DNA from: Cenococcum geophilum
Taxonomy: Eukaryota
DNA: 64,000 bases
Direction: 5' to 3'
Assembly (NCBI GenBank): GCA_050273025.1
Contig: CP158635.1
Coordinates: 29,078,001 to 29,142,000 of the forward strand
Below, one piece after another: positions 1 to 13,900 of this stretch; within the stretch, counting starts at the first letter, position 1, and each line of letters starts with the position of its first letter. The position numbers and the translations under genes are program-made. Under the pieces are notes generated by a model. It saw nothing but the letters and a program-made list of their open reading frames with translations, searched no databases and was not told the DNA's origin.

Positions 1-699
1 AGTATATAGGACAGCAATAACACTTCTATATAGTTATATCGCTATATTCCACACCCTTATACAATACCTAGTATTTCTACCGCAAACATCTAACGTTATT
101 CTTCCGTATTACTAACCCTATTAGCCTATAATAAGTCTAACCTATCCCCTATATATATATTACAACAGCAATTAAATTTAATAAAATAGTAAGAAAAGCG
201 TAAGTATAGATATAAGGATTGGGTATTAGATACTAAGAGTGAGCTAGGGACAGTATTAATATATATTACCCTAACGAGTTTACTAGAAAGAATAGGTATA
301 AACCTTAGGCTTTATCGTCTAATCCCCTTAGGCGTTTTAAGAATGCCGGATAAGTTATAAGAATATCCCAGGATATATTGTTCTAAGACTCCCTTACTTA
401 ATAGCACGCCAAAGGGCTCTAATATTAAGCCGTCTACCTTTATATATAGTAATCTATTAAACTAGTAAGTATTCTAAATAAAGCAGTGGCTTTAAGGCGC
501 ATAATCTATACTGCGGTTATAGTTACCTTCGCCTTTTCTATTATGGGTTAAGGCGTAAAGTAAGGGCTCTTTTTTGACTAGGAGAGGTTTTTTAGGACAG
601 CTATAGGTTAAGTATTGCCTTAGTATTGACCCGTTTACCTATTCTACCTATTCTTATATATATAGAGTGCGAGTTGTTTAGTAAAGGCAAGGGTACGGA

Positions 700-1750
700 A
701 ATAGAGGGTAAGTAATTATATCGTTCTTAGCTAGTAGCGCAGACTATAAATATAAGTTAGTAACGTTAAATTTACTTTAAGTAATAACCTACTTATTTTT
801 CTTTATTCTATTATAAATAAAAACCTATCTATTTCTTATAGAAATATATCCTTAACCGCACTGCGCTATTTCTCTTCATTTATAAGCTGAATTCGTCCTT
901 TAGCTATCTTATTACTAATATAGTAGTAAAGCGTTTTACTCTTAGGGTTAAAGTTAATATCCTAGCCTAGTATATCTACAAATATATTAAAGTTTAGATT
1001 ATTAACGTGTATATCTAGGGCGTTATTTTTACTAGTCGCTAGCTTTTAGGTTAGGATAATTATTAGCTCTTTATTAGCTACCCGCTAGATTAGTATTATT
1101 ATTATCCTATATAACCTTGGTATTCCCTCCTACCTTATTACCTTTAGTATACCGGCCGGTGGATAATATATAATAGCGGAGTGTAGAAGTACTAAGTTGC
1201 CTATTATAATTTACCTAATAAAAGCCGTTTTATTTATTTAACGCGTCGCGTTATAGCTATAGCGCTAGGCAAGTTATTTAACATATTTAGTATATAGATT
1301 CTTAGGTAAACCTAGAAACACAGATAGGAATTTGTTAAAGATTTCGTTTAATATTTGCTATATTTATACCTTACTTATAAGGGAGCATAGTAGCTGTCTA
1401 AGGAGCCCGCGCGTCGACATTTTAATTTTAATATTATAGTAGATTATATTATATTGTTTATTTATAACCCTAAAATCTCGCTTAAGAGTGTCTTTAGTGT
1501 TATAACTTAGGTCTATTATTAGTGCTATAATTTTAGAAGCGTTAAGGGAGGTGCGGTAGAAAAGACGTTTTAATTATACGCTAAGACCAATATATAGGAT
1601 TGTGTAGATAGGTAACTATATTATTTAGTTATATATAAAATAATCGGTTAAATGTCTTATAAGAAATAAATAAGTATATTAGCGAACGCTTCTCTACCTA
1701 CTACACTACCTAGACTTATAAGCCTCCTCCTATCTATTTTACGTCTCCTC
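700..1750 (-). pseudogene. RIP-degraded hypothetical protein-coding sequence, probably transposon-borne
   Basis: After reversing RIP-type transitions the minus strand gives protein-like text (e.g. ~LDFDTFVDMLxQDIDFDPESETLYYYIxDEMAEGRIQLVNEEEWRSAV, ~830-1010). No family recognised; boundaries approximate. Confidence 0.3.
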
Positions 1751-1849
1751 CGTCTTAATAAGCTTGATTTAGTACCCAGATTCGTTAATACTTTATATAT
1801 ATATATATATTTTTATCTCTATTATATTATACTACATACAATACTATAT

Positions 1850-2975
1850 ATGCAGCCTTTAGGCTATAGCGCTATAGTTTTATATATATGAATCCCTTCT
1901 AGGCAGCTTAATATATACTAGTAACTATGTTTATTAATACTTTAAAACGCCTAGTTAGCCCTTAACTAGTAAAGCCTAGTTAGTATAATTAGAGGTCCCG
2001 ACCTTTACCGAAATACTTAATATCCCTAATAAGGGCCAGAATATTATTAGCAAAAACGGAGATATTCTACTATAAGTTAATAAGATCTTAGGTCCGTCTA
2101 GCTTAACAAAGGAGTACCTAAGCTCTTAGTATAATCTTTTAAGAGAAGACACAATTAAACCGTTAAGAGAGGTAGTGGGTTAAATTAAAGTAGACCCTTT
2201 TAGTTTGCTGGAATCTAAATATAGTAATAGAATCAGTATATATAAACAGGTAAGCATGCTATAATTTTAAAGCAGTTATCCCCTAATATCTGCAAGGCCT
2301 ATATCAGCTTAGTAATATTTTTACCTTAAGGGCTAGTAATCCGCGTAGCGTTCTTACTTAGGAGAGTAGGGAAGATAATCTGTTAGGATTAGTTAAAAAG
2401 ACTAGTCGCCAGGTCTCTAGTTACTTTAACTCCTAAGACTAATATTTTTTAAACGAAATATATACTTATAATAGTGGCGGCAAGACTATTAGCCGTATTA
2501 GAACAGAATCCTTTAAAGGTTAACTTATTCTTTAAGACCTAAAGAGATTAAGATTAACTTATCCGTATTATAGATGATAGTTAAGGAACAAACTAGATTT
2601 TATAAAGTTAGTTACTATATTATATTGGCATTATAAAAGCTAATAAGAGAGCTGTAGGTGTGCGATGTTTTCTAAATAAGAAGATATCTAACTATTAATA
2701 GATTCCCGTTATTAGAATACCTTATTTAAGTTTAATAGAATATTAAAGCACTATAATACGTTATAAATAAGCCTTATACGGATTTTAGCTTAATTATAGC
2801 TATTAAGGATACTTCCTTATTTGAGAATGTTCATATTCTTAAAGACTGGCTAGATATAACTACTATAGGGCTTAAAGCTACTACGCTGAAATAAGTTCTT
2901 ATAAAGCGTCTTGCAATAATCTAAGGACCTTTAAACACTAGAAAAAGATAGCTTTAAAGGCGTTGCTTAGTAATA
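1850..2975 (+). pseudogene. RIP-degraded hypothetical gene with intron-like remnants
   Basis: ATG at 1850, GTAAGC donor-like site at ~2250, residual coding-like GC patches, and many TAA/TAG stops of the kind RIP produces. No family recognised. Confidence 0.25.
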
Positions 2976-3184
2976 TAATAATAGGAGATCCCCCTGTTAT
3001 TATTATATATTATATAAACTATACACTAGACCAGTTATCTAGGCATATTACTTAAAGTAACCATCTTAATACTATCGCTTATACGGATAGACGATATTAC
3101 ACTATATTAGGCGCCAGGGCCGTGGGGGTAGAAAGAAGAGGAAGTATTAGGGCTCTCTCTTTTTATATTTTATATTTTATATTT

Positions 3185-3470
3185 TTATATTATCTTATAT
3201 TATCCTACTATTGTCTTACCATTATATTATATTATCCTATATTGTCCTACCATTGTCCCACCATTATATTATATCATCCTACTATTATCCTGCCATTATG
3301 CTATATTATCCTATTATTGTCCTACCATTATGTTATATTGTCCTATTATTATCCTGCCATTATATTATATTGTCCTATCATTGTCCTGCCATTATATTAT
3401 ATTGTCTTACTATTGTCCTACCATTGTATTATATTGTCCTATTATTATCTTATATTATCCTACCATTATC
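3185..3470. repeat. Minisatellite, ~19-bp unit (ATTATATTATTGTCCTACC-like)
   Basis: Visible degenerate tandem copies; accounts for the three overlapping Y/I/L-rich ORFs in the track. Confidence 0.85.
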
Positions 3471-3912
3471 TCGGTACTGCTATATACTTTTTACTATTTA
3501 CTAAGATTGTAGTTATAGGTATTTATCGGCTAGGATCCAGGCAGTAATTCTTAGCAGTAATTTTACTGCCTAAATCTCTTGCCAAGTTTTATTCTGTCAA
3601 TGTAAAATCAGTAGCTTGGAGCTTGTTTTTAGTATTATAGATCTAGATTTTAGAGCCGTAGATTAATCGATTGGCGTAGAGCCGTTACATTATAGTAAAG
3701 CTATATCTAAGTAATCTATATTATAATCCTTGGTATAGTGCTACACATAGAAATATTCAATCGTGAGATTTAGGAAGGTGTTTATATTTTAATTAAATTC
3801 ATAAGACTATAACTAAGGGCCTTTATGGGCAGTGGTATAGTAAGTTCCACAATTGCTTTAATTTAGGATTGCTCGGTTACTACAGGAAAGTCGTAATGCT
3901 TAGCGTGGTATT

Positions 3913-3960
3913 AAACTTAGGGTGCCTCTGCCACTATAGTGGCAGAGACACCCCAAATTT
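3913..3960. repeat. 48-bp spacerless palindrome centred on CCACTA|TAGTGG
   Basis: AAACTTAGGGTGCCTCTGCCACTA / TAGTGGCAGAGACACCCCAAATTT: 21 of 24 positions pair, and all three mismatches are A.C. Confidence 0.9.
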
Positions 3961-4674
3961 CTAATGATTAAGATTTTGGACTATAGTAGATTAACTACTT
4001 ACTAAAATCTAAAATCTAAAATTAAGTTAATCCTTCTATAAGGCTTTAGATAAGCTTTAAGGTCCTGATTTAAACTAACGCCAAGACCTTAGTTTAGATT
4101 CTATATACGGTATAGCTTGCGAATTTAACGCGCTTACTAATCTAGAGGAGCTTTTAGATTAAAAAGTCGCCAGATTAACCAAACGATTATATTAGAATTA
4201 GATTTAAGCTTTAGATCGGATATATTCTAGGGCCTTCAAATTTAATCTAAAGTCGCCACTAAACGTTCCCTAAGATTTAATGCAGGGATCTCTCCCTAAG
4301 GATCTGGTTTAATTATAAGGTTTAAAAAGGGGTTATAATTTAGTTAAATTTATAAGATTACATTCCAAAGTCCTTATAGCGTAGTAATATAGTACATTTT
4401 ACCTCTTACTTTAATTTGGAGCTAGCCTAACGTAATTAAAACTTAGCGTGGAAGAGCCGATATGCTTAGTATATAGTGCTAAGATTTCGTTAAATATATA
4501 ACTTTAGGCGTTATAAGACACGTATAAAAATATAAGCTTAATTTAGAGCCTTACTAACGCCTGATTTAATAGAAAATAACCTTCTTTTTTAATATTTTTA
4601 ATGCGCGATAAGTGGGAATTAAACCCACTACGCTTAGGAGTTAACCTCGCGACATCTAATTGCCCAATCTAGCT

Positions 4675-5015
4675 AGGAGGCTCGGCGGCGATACAATAGG
4701 GCTCAATGACGTAATAAGGCTCGACGGCAATGCAATAAGACTTAGTAACGTAATGAGACTCAATAATATAATAAGGCTCGGTAATATAATAAGGCTCGAC
4801 GGCGATATAATAAGACTTAGCAGCGTAATAAGACTTAACAATACAATAAAGCTTAGCGAAATAATAAGGCTTAACGGCAATATAATAAGACTTAGTAACG
4901 TAATAAGACTTAACAATATAATAAGGCTCGGCGACGTGATAAGGCTTAGCGGCAATGCAATAATACTTAGTAATATAATAAAACTTAACAATATAAGAGT
5001 CTTAGTAATATAATA
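4675..5015. repeat. Tandem repeat of 18/21-bp units (e.g. AAGGCTCGGCGACGTGAT), probably a former coding repeat
   Basis: Unit lengths are multiples of 3 and copies differ mainly by transitions. Confidence 0.8.
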
Positions 5016-5913
5016 AGGCTTAGGGTTAGGCAATAAGGGGAAGACTTAAGGTTACTTAGTTACTTTAATGCCTAATAGCAAAATCTAATAGTATAGTACT
5101 ACTATTAAGGTGTTTTAATACGGGTAGGCTATATAAAGGTTTTGTCCGTAATATATCTAATATATCCTAAAAGTCTACTCTTTACTTATCTAAGGCTAAG
5201 TTTCTGGCCTATAATAAATTAATTATTATAGTTAGTAAGAGCATAACAAATAATAGCATGTTTTGCCCTGTTATTCTTAAAACCGTTAAACACGAAGTGG
5301 TAAATAGCCTATTAACCTATATCTATTAGTGTCGGCTAATAAAGTGCGTTTAAAACGTACTAATATTAATAATAGCCCTTTTATTTTATAGTATAATAGG
5401 CTTAGTAGTAACGGGGTTTTAGTCCTTATTATTAAGCACATTTATTTAACAAAGCTAGGTTTACTAATTATTCTAGTCAGTATTATATTATAGGTTAATT
5501 CAATATCTTACACCTATAGAAAAAAGCAGAAGGCAGATTAAATGGAATAATTAGGGTACGCTTTTCTTCGCCGTTAGGGATTTTATATAGATATTATATA
5601 GTATACAAGTAGGAGCTAGTGGTTATTAGTAGTAAAAAGTTTTTATACAGAATAGTGAGATTTTAAAAACCACCACTAACGGGAGGATCCTCTTACGTAT
5701 TAATTAGGCTTTTAGAATAATAAAGATAGTAAATATATATAATCTATTAATAGAGAGGATATACCTTAATAGGAATTGTTTATGTATATAGGAACGAGAG
5801 TTAGTAGGCTGGATTACTTAATAGGTATTAAAGTAGTTAATAGCTAGAGTAATATTAATCTAGACTAAATTCAAACTTTCTAGAATGGGCCACCTTGTAC
5901 ACAGTCCTACCTT

Positions 5914-6672
5914 ATATTACCCCACCAAAATACTTATACTTAAGAACTACTATAGTTATTTATATAAAAATTTTAATATAGCTTATTAAATAGTAATTTA
6001 AGCTTTTTATAAAATAAATATTTTAAAGTTATTTTATATATAGTTTTATTTTATATTTTATATTAAAATATAGTTTTAAAATACTTATAGTGTTACGGCG
6101 CTAGTGGAAACTGGTAAATATTAGTGGATTATAGCAGATAATTGTAGATAGTTTTAAACGGTTTCGGAGAGTTTTAGATAATTGCCGTTATATAACTAGA
6201 GGATTGTATATAACGTTAAGTGGCGCTACTTTCTCCTTTCCTTTCTTTAGCTTTAGATCCTTATTTATAGACTACTAATTATATAGGCTTACGCGTCCCT
6301 CTTTCTATACTTATGCCTTAATTAACTAAGTCGCTAATATATAGCTTAATAATTATAATAGCTATTTATATAAAAACCAATATAGCTTACTAATTAATAA
6401 GTTAAACTCTTTATAAAATATTTTATAGTATTTTATTTTAATTATATTAAAAGTTTAATATATTATTTAGTAAGCCATATTTAAATTTTTATATAAATAG
6501 CTATTATAGTTATTAAGCTATAAGTATTTTAAAACTATATATAAAATAGCTTTAAATTTATTTAAATTTATTTTATAAAAAGCTTAAATTACTATTTAAT
6601 AAGCTATATTTAAAATTTTATATAAATAACTATAGTAGTTCTTAAGTTATAAGTATTTTGGTGGGGTAATAT
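5914..6672. mobile_element. MITE/foldback element with long terminal inverted repeats
   Basis: ATATTACCCCACCAAAATACTTATA...AAGAACTACTATAG at 5914 is the reverse complement of the sequence ending ...TTTTGGTGGGGTAATAT at 6672. Inverted similarity extends >100 bp; non-coding and AT-rich. Confidence 0.8.
6091..6339. mobile_element. Solo LTR inserted in the left arm of the MITE
   Basis: TGTTACGG...GCTAATA (RIP form of ...AACA), 249 bp, flanked by 5-bp TSD TATAG (6086-6090, 6340-6344). Removing it restores the match to the opposite MITE arm. Confidence 0.85.
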
Positions 6673-6779
6673 TGGTACTATATATAAGGTAGCCTATACT
6701 TCTATACGGTGGTTAATACTAAGATAATATATTATAAAATATTAAATAGTTGTATATTGTCTATATATGTGTATATTAT

Positions 6780-9700
6780 ACTAAGACATACTCTTATTAC
6801 AGGGGATTGCTACTCTAACTACACCAGCTACGCTATTTCCATTACATTATTATCAGCCTACTAAGTAGGTTAGGTTTTAAACACCTTATAGAACTTATTA
6901 ATTATTATCCTTTTAATTATTATACGCCTCGCTAATATAACTATATTAATTGGGTTCTACCTATCCGTACTATATATTGTTAATATAGTGACTACTAGCG
7001 CTAACTGTCTAGATTTAACGGCCTAGCTAAATACTTGCACCTCTATATTTACCATTATTGCTAGTTTAAGCAAATAGACTCTATACGTAGAGACTAAATT
7101 TAGACCCTTTTCTCTAACCCTTTAGTTGATAATAAGAAACTAGACTATATTATTCTAGTAAGGACCGCCTATTGGAATATAAAATGCTTTATAGATGTCC
7201 TTTTAGTCTTTTAGGGATGTCCTAGACTCTATCTAGCAAATAGTTAAATATTTAGACTGGCTAAGCCTTTTATAGAAATACTATATTATATTATTAGTAA
7301 TAGTTTACTACTAGTCTAATGGCTAACTTATAAGGCGTAATAGCGTATATACTGCTGGTTTATAACTACTAAATAGTAATCTCTTATTAGGATTCCTTTT
7401 AAGTACTTTATTAACGTATTTTATAATTAGCTTTAGTTTCCTAGAGTTAGCAATTATACTCTAATTCCTTTAAAGCGGATTCTTGTCCGAAGGTTTATCC
7501 TATTTTTCGCTGCGAAACTTATTAACTGTCTACCTCGGCTTTATTCTAACTTTTGCCTTATCCTTCTACTATATATCTTGCCACTTATCTCCTACCTTAG
7601 CTAGGCCTAAAAAGATAGTAAAATTTTTTAATAAGCGACCGGCTCCCTTTAGAAATTAATCTATATTAAAGACGAGTTTTTCTCCTTTTCTTCCTTTAGC
7701 TTTCTAGTGTTTAAAAGCTTTATTTAGCTGTTTAAAAGCATCTAAAGATGCTTTACGCTAGAGCTTATTAATATACGGTTTAAATATTAAATTATTTATT
7801 ATATAGCAGTCTTAGTAGACGACCAGTAGTAGCTTATTAATTACCCTTCTATTAAACCATTGGTCTTCCCCTATCCTATATATAATTAAGATCTTTATAA
7901 TTAAAGAGGAGCATTCTTTAAAGCCTGTAATAACCTTATTCGGAAGAGAAGAGCGATTAGCTGCTCCTAGCTTTTTATATTTAATTAATACTTTAATATT
8001 ATAATTATTAATTAATTTTATATTTATAGAATCCACCTAATTAGGGGCCCTAAAAATTTCTAAGGCGGAAATTAGACTTATAAAACCTTCGCTAGTTAGC
8101 GTACTGGAAGTAAACACTACTAAAGGTCAAGAGGTATAGTAGGCTATTTTACTATTGCTGTCCTTATAAAATTGGCCCAGGCGTTAGAAGTAAGGAAATA
8201 CTGCTTAATTATTATATACTTATTTGGCCATTTTTATTAAATAACCTACCTCTAACCTATCTATATAGAACTTATTAGTAAGAATCCTACTAACGATATA
8301 ATAAGGACCACCGTCTCTATAGAGATTGAAAATAGTTTTATACTATTCCTAAGCGGTCTAGGTTATTACCCAAGTTTATAATATTATAATTATAAGATAT
8401 AAAGCCGATCTTAGGTCCATTTTCCACTAGACCTTCTCGCCTTCTCTTTTGCATTTTATAGGTTTAAGAATGTCTTTATCTTTATCTATAAAATTATACT
8501 TCTTTATGCTAGACCTAATAAAAGCCAAATGGCATACGTGAACTTGTAGTTTACCTCTAGGAATATAATCATTTAGTTCTAAGGTTTTAAACCATAATTC
8601 GACGTCTTTAACCGCTTAGGGCAGTAGATTCTATCTAGTAATATATATAGTTAGTCCTACTAGCCGGTGAAGAAAATTTCTGGTAATACTTCCCTTAATA
8701 TAACAGCACTATAGCATGCTATTTATTTAACTCAGGCATTAGGCGTTAGGTGGCTATAGGTGTTCATCTATATTAAGGGTAAGGTAGAGACTTTTATCTC
8801 TACCTTCTTAATTTTTCTAATTAAGCCAGTTAAGGTTAATCTTGGTTATTAACATGCTAGTATACTAGATTAAGAGCATTTAAAGTATCTTACTTAAACC
8901 CATCGTATCTACAAGAAAGGTCCTACCTAGGGCTATATAATTATAAAGAGTATAGGTAACACTAAGCAGCTAATATATCTATATAGCTTTACCCTTTTTT
9001 ATGCCGTATAAGTAGAAGGTTATATCTTAAAGAGTGTTACAAATAGTTAACGGAAATGAGAGGAACTGTAGCGCCTTTACCTATAATATTGGGTTAATGT
9101 ATACTTCTTATATATCCTTTAGGTAATTAACTTCCTAATTAACCTCTTTAATTCTATCCTCGTGCTTATCTTCTGGTTCCTTATTAGTTGAAATAGGGTT
9201 AATTAAGGCGTTAAAGTGGCGGCGCTCCTATATACGGTTAAGATTAATTTCCCTAATACAAATTAGGTTAGGGTTATTATTTATATCCTTAAATAATGTA
9301 TTAATAAATATTTCGCGATTAGACTTTAGCCATTTATTATACTATCCTTTTATCTTATCCCATAGCATTGTCTTAAATATTTATACTTTATCTAGATCTA
9401 CGCCTTTTAAGAGCTCTAATTTATCTAGTAGGGGCTAGTCTTTACTACTACGGGTCTAGCTATAAGTAGTTTTAATTATAGCTGGCTATACGGCTAATAA
9501 TACACTAGTAGGTATAGGTGGCGTAGACTTTAGGGTTAATATAGGCTTTGGATTTAACTACTTAGATATAAGTAGCGTAGACTCTAAAATTAACTGTTTA
9601 TAACTACTTTAACCTAGGGTAAGTATACCTATTCTTCTCTTAGTCGGCACCGGTTATATAATATTAGGGTTAGAGTTAAACTCGGAAGTACTCTTATTAA
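6780..9700 (-). pseudogene. Long RIP-degraded coding region of unknown family
   Basis: De-RIPed minus-strand reading such as ~SLYLTLDVDEHLQPPNAQCLS...NFLHRLVGLTVHITGQNLLP...KLQVHVCHLAFIRSS (~8490-8800). No RT, integrase or transposase motif recognised; boundaries approximate. Confidence 0.35.
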
Positions 9701-10910
9701 ATCTTATACCTGTAAATATACATTAAATAATTCTATATAATATTATACAATCTTATATAAGTTATAAAGTCTCTTACGCTTTATAATCCGATTAGGATTT
9801 TTAACTCCAATTATAATTATATTAAGTCTAGCCTTCTTTACAGAAAGCACCGTAAATGTTAGGTTTATATAGTTAAGAATTAGTGTACTAGTAGTTAGAT
9901 CTACTATAGCCTAGCCATCCCTATATTTATCCGCCGAGAAGTTTATACTTATTGCGGCCTATAGCTTATTATATCTATAGTAATATATATTAATTTTCTC
10001 TAGAGAATCGGATAATAAATACTTATACTTAGTTTTTAATGCAAATCCGTATAGAATAGGGGCCCTATTTAATGGCGTTTTATTTAGGTAACTGTATATA
10101 GCAAAGCTTATTTCATAGAATGGTATAGGTGTAGTATTTAGCTATTATGGGACTTTAATAGACAGACTACTAAGCACTTAGGCAGCCTTGAAGGCTGCCC
10201 TTAATCTAAATAAGTTAATAAACTGCTCTCTAGAAGACAAGCCGCTATACTTTAGAATAATATCAGCTATTATAACCTCTACGCCTTTATATCTGTTAGT
10301 CGTTATATATCGCTATATAGATTTTTTGGCGGCGACAGCGAAAGCTTTAAACTTTAATAGTAGATTAGATCTCTTAAACACGTGCCTATACTTAGTATTA
10401 AGAAGGTTAAAGACTATACGCTTAACTCCATTTCGCACGGACCCAGACACTAATAACCTATCACTAAACGCTTTATTGATTTCGCTAACATAGTATTAGA
10501 GGATTTCTTTATATATTTTTTCATTAATCGCGAATCCTTACTATAGCTTTAGACCACTTATTTACAATAAGTTCTTATTAGTTATAGTAGTTAAGTACTA
10601 ACTAGAGTCTAGGTATAGCGCCGCTATTATAGTTAAGGACCCTATATATTTATAAGCGGGTAAAAGTTTTATATAGAATAGTATAGAGTAACTTATAAAG
10701 ATAGTGGAGCGGATAATATATTAGATAATTAGTAATAATCTAATAAGAAGGTGTGCTAATAGTGTTAACTTAAGATAATAGCGGATTCTAATAAGAGCAA
10801 TATAAGAGCGATATAAGAAATAGAATAAAATATAAGTCTTAATGCGAGAAATAAGATAAGATATTAGCTTTAATATAGGCAGTAGAACGAGATATAAGAC
10901 TTAGAGTAAG

Positions 10911-13900
10911 TGTTGGACTCATAAGGGGATATCACGTAGCTACGGTTCGTAGATAGTATAATGTTTGTTAATTGTATATTTTCTTTTATTAGGAAGGGCA
11001 AAGAGCTTAAGGCTCCTTGCCACGCTAGCGCCGCGGCGACACGTAACGGCAACTTGCCCTACGTAACGGCAATTTGCCTTATATAGCGGCAATTTGCCCT
11101 ATTCCTAACACTAGCAACTCTTCTTTTTATAGTTGCCATCTATAGACACTTATAGATTGCTACTATATAAAGGTACAAAGCTAAGGGAAGGAAGAAGAAG
11201 AAGAAGGGTGTTAGGGGTTAACGCGAAGATAAGTGGGCCGCTAAGGCGCTAGTCGTAAGCGAGCCAATAGCGATTTTCTATCCCGGGGATAGAAAATCCT
11301 AATTAGCTGTTTAGAATTAGGGTCTATAGAATCCTTCTACTCCCTTTTAACCTAACCTTTAACTTATATATATAGAGTATTTATATTAACGAACGTCTCT
11401 AGTGCCTTATTTAGGTTTGCCTTTATTATTATATCTACTAGGTTATCTTAGCTATTAATCTATTAAATCTTAAAGAGTTTTTAACGCTTATAGGATTACT
11501 AAAGGGCTATAATATTAATTATAAGACGCTTCTTCTTTATAGTATTAAGCTTAACTAAACACTTATAGAGGGAATATAAGTTAGTGTATATAATTATAGG
11601 AATAGCGGGAAGTTTAAGCCGATCTATAATTATCTTAAAGGTAGTTTTAATTATAATTGCTATATTAACTCCGCTAACTATTCTATATATCTCTAACGCT
11701 AGAATACTTTAAGTAACACGCTTACTCTTAGTTAAGCTTTAATAGATAAAATTACCGTGGATTGTAAAGTTATTCTCTCCAGTAAATTCGTTCGCGATAA
11801 TAATCTTATATTCTAGCTAGGAGCTAAAATCTTTATTATTTATAAATAACCTATTAATAAATATAAAGAGCTTAATAGTAGGAAGATTAATAGATATATA
11901 GAGTAGTCCCTAATTAAGATGGGTTATTTGCTAGGAAAGGAGCTTATTTAGGGCAAGGACGTCCTTCTTAGTTGGTTTTTGGTATTAAGCGGCAATAGAG
12001 AGATTAAAGGAAGCCTTAGGCTGATAGATAGAAGTAATATAAGCTTTGTAAGCGCGTTGCTCTACGTATCCTTACTTTAGGGAATTAACGTTAATAACGT
12101 TAATCTTCTTACCTTAACCCTTCTGGCGTAAAGTAATGGAGTCCTTATTTAGGGAAAGGATATATCCGTTAAAGAGTAATAGCGTTATTATATTAAGTCT
12201 TTTCTTTAGCTTTGCTATAAGATTTGCCTTTACTAGCTTATCTTCCTTAAGAGCTAAGAATTAATTATCTCCTAAGATAATTATATTGTTGGTTTATATG
12301 CCGATAATTCTAAATAAAGTTTCTGTAGTTATAATGAGGAAGCAGGGATTAAATATAGAGGTAGTTATTAGAAGCTTCTCTTTATAGTACTTACTATAGG
12401 TAGCCTACTAATAAGTTCCTACCTCTGCAATTCTATATAGTGGCTTAAGTATAACTATAATTATATCTTTAGGATATTAGTGGTAAATTTGCTCTAGAAG
12501 ATATGCTAATATTAAGCGCTAAAGGCGCGTCTCTAATTGGGTGTAGGCCTAAGTAATATCTTATAAATAAACTGCCATTCCGTTCTTTATTAAGGAGGGA
12601 GCTAGTGCAATAATAACTTGCTAACTAGCTCGTTAAATTATAGGGGATTACGTAAGGATCGTCTCCTTGCCGTTATTATTATAGCCTTAGATAATAAGCC
12701 TTAATTTCTTAAATAGGGCGTTAGTAGCATTACCCTTAATCTCGTTGACTATTTTTAACTTAAAGATGCGAATTCTATTAAACTTAGTAGGGTTATACTT
12801 CTTAAATTTAAAGACTCCTCTTATAATAAAACTATTGATTTCCTGCTTGTTAGATACTTAGAAAGGAGCTCCTGGAGTTATAATACGACCTTCCTTTTAG
12901 AGCTATTTTGCGAGCTTAAAGTTAGCCTTCTCTTTAGCTATTATAAAGGCTATTAATAACTTAACTCTACTCTCTATAGTAGTAACAAATTGCTCTTCGA
13001 AATTAATAAGATATTAGCAATTTTATAATCCCTTTAGGCGACCTTTACCGCGTTATAGTTGTGGCACGTCTACTATAATTATATTAGGATCATAGTCGCC
13101 TTTTAGGGCACGTTAATTATAGTTCTCCTCTAGGGCATCTTTTAGGGCATCTTTTAGGGCATCCTATAAAGGCTCGGAACTGTTATCTTTATAATAGGGC
13201 CTAATAACGGTTAAATAGAATTAAGTAGGTCTATAGGGCATCTAAAGAGTATAAGTTTAACTATTAATTATAATAATTTTATATGGGCCTAACTATCCTC
13301 CCTTTTTACGCTATACCCGTACTTTAGATTAGAGTGGCAGATTAAGCGTAGTTAAGGTATTTAGGCCATTTCTTATTCCTAGTACGTTATTAACCTAGCG
13401 CGTAGCGTATAGACGTTATACCTTCTTTATTACTTTATAAATAGCCTTAGCTCGTTACACAATAGAGGGAGATAGTAGAGAATTGTTAGTTATTTAAGGG
13501 TAGGCGCTAAAGACTAGTAACGTAGGTATAAGCCTATCTAGGCTAGTGGAATTATTAACGGCCTTAATAGCCATCTGTAAGATAATTTCTTTACTAGCGT
13601 CCTCTAGTTCTAAAGAAATAATCTTATATACTTGGCGTAATAGCGTATAGTATTATTCCACTTTTTTAATACTATTATATGCCTTAATAGGGACTTCCTT
13701 AACCTTAATTGCCATTGCTTTTGCCTATTATCAAAACTCTATAGATAAGAAGTTCTTTTCTATATTATAAATAATTTAATTAGGGGGTCCTAGGTAGATA
13801 TTAATCTAGCATAACTAAAGGGTATCCTATGCGTTCCTAGCTAATATATCCCTTAAGAAACATGCGGCTTAGAAGGAGGTTAATAAGTTAATAGCTTAGA

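Noticed and set aside
3122..3547. Three overlapping Tyr/Ile/Leu-rich ORFs
   Set aside because: Artefacts of the ~19-bp minisatellite; non-ATG starts and low complexity.
3741..3780. Alternative left TIR for the Plavaka element
   Set aside because: Only patchy similarity (CTACA, ATATTC, TGAGATT) to the right end, with no TSD or matching host flank.
4656..5033. Antiparallel ORFs that look like leucine-rich or pentapeptide repeats
   Set aside because: Chance open frames across a RIP-mutated tandem repeat; not supported as genes.
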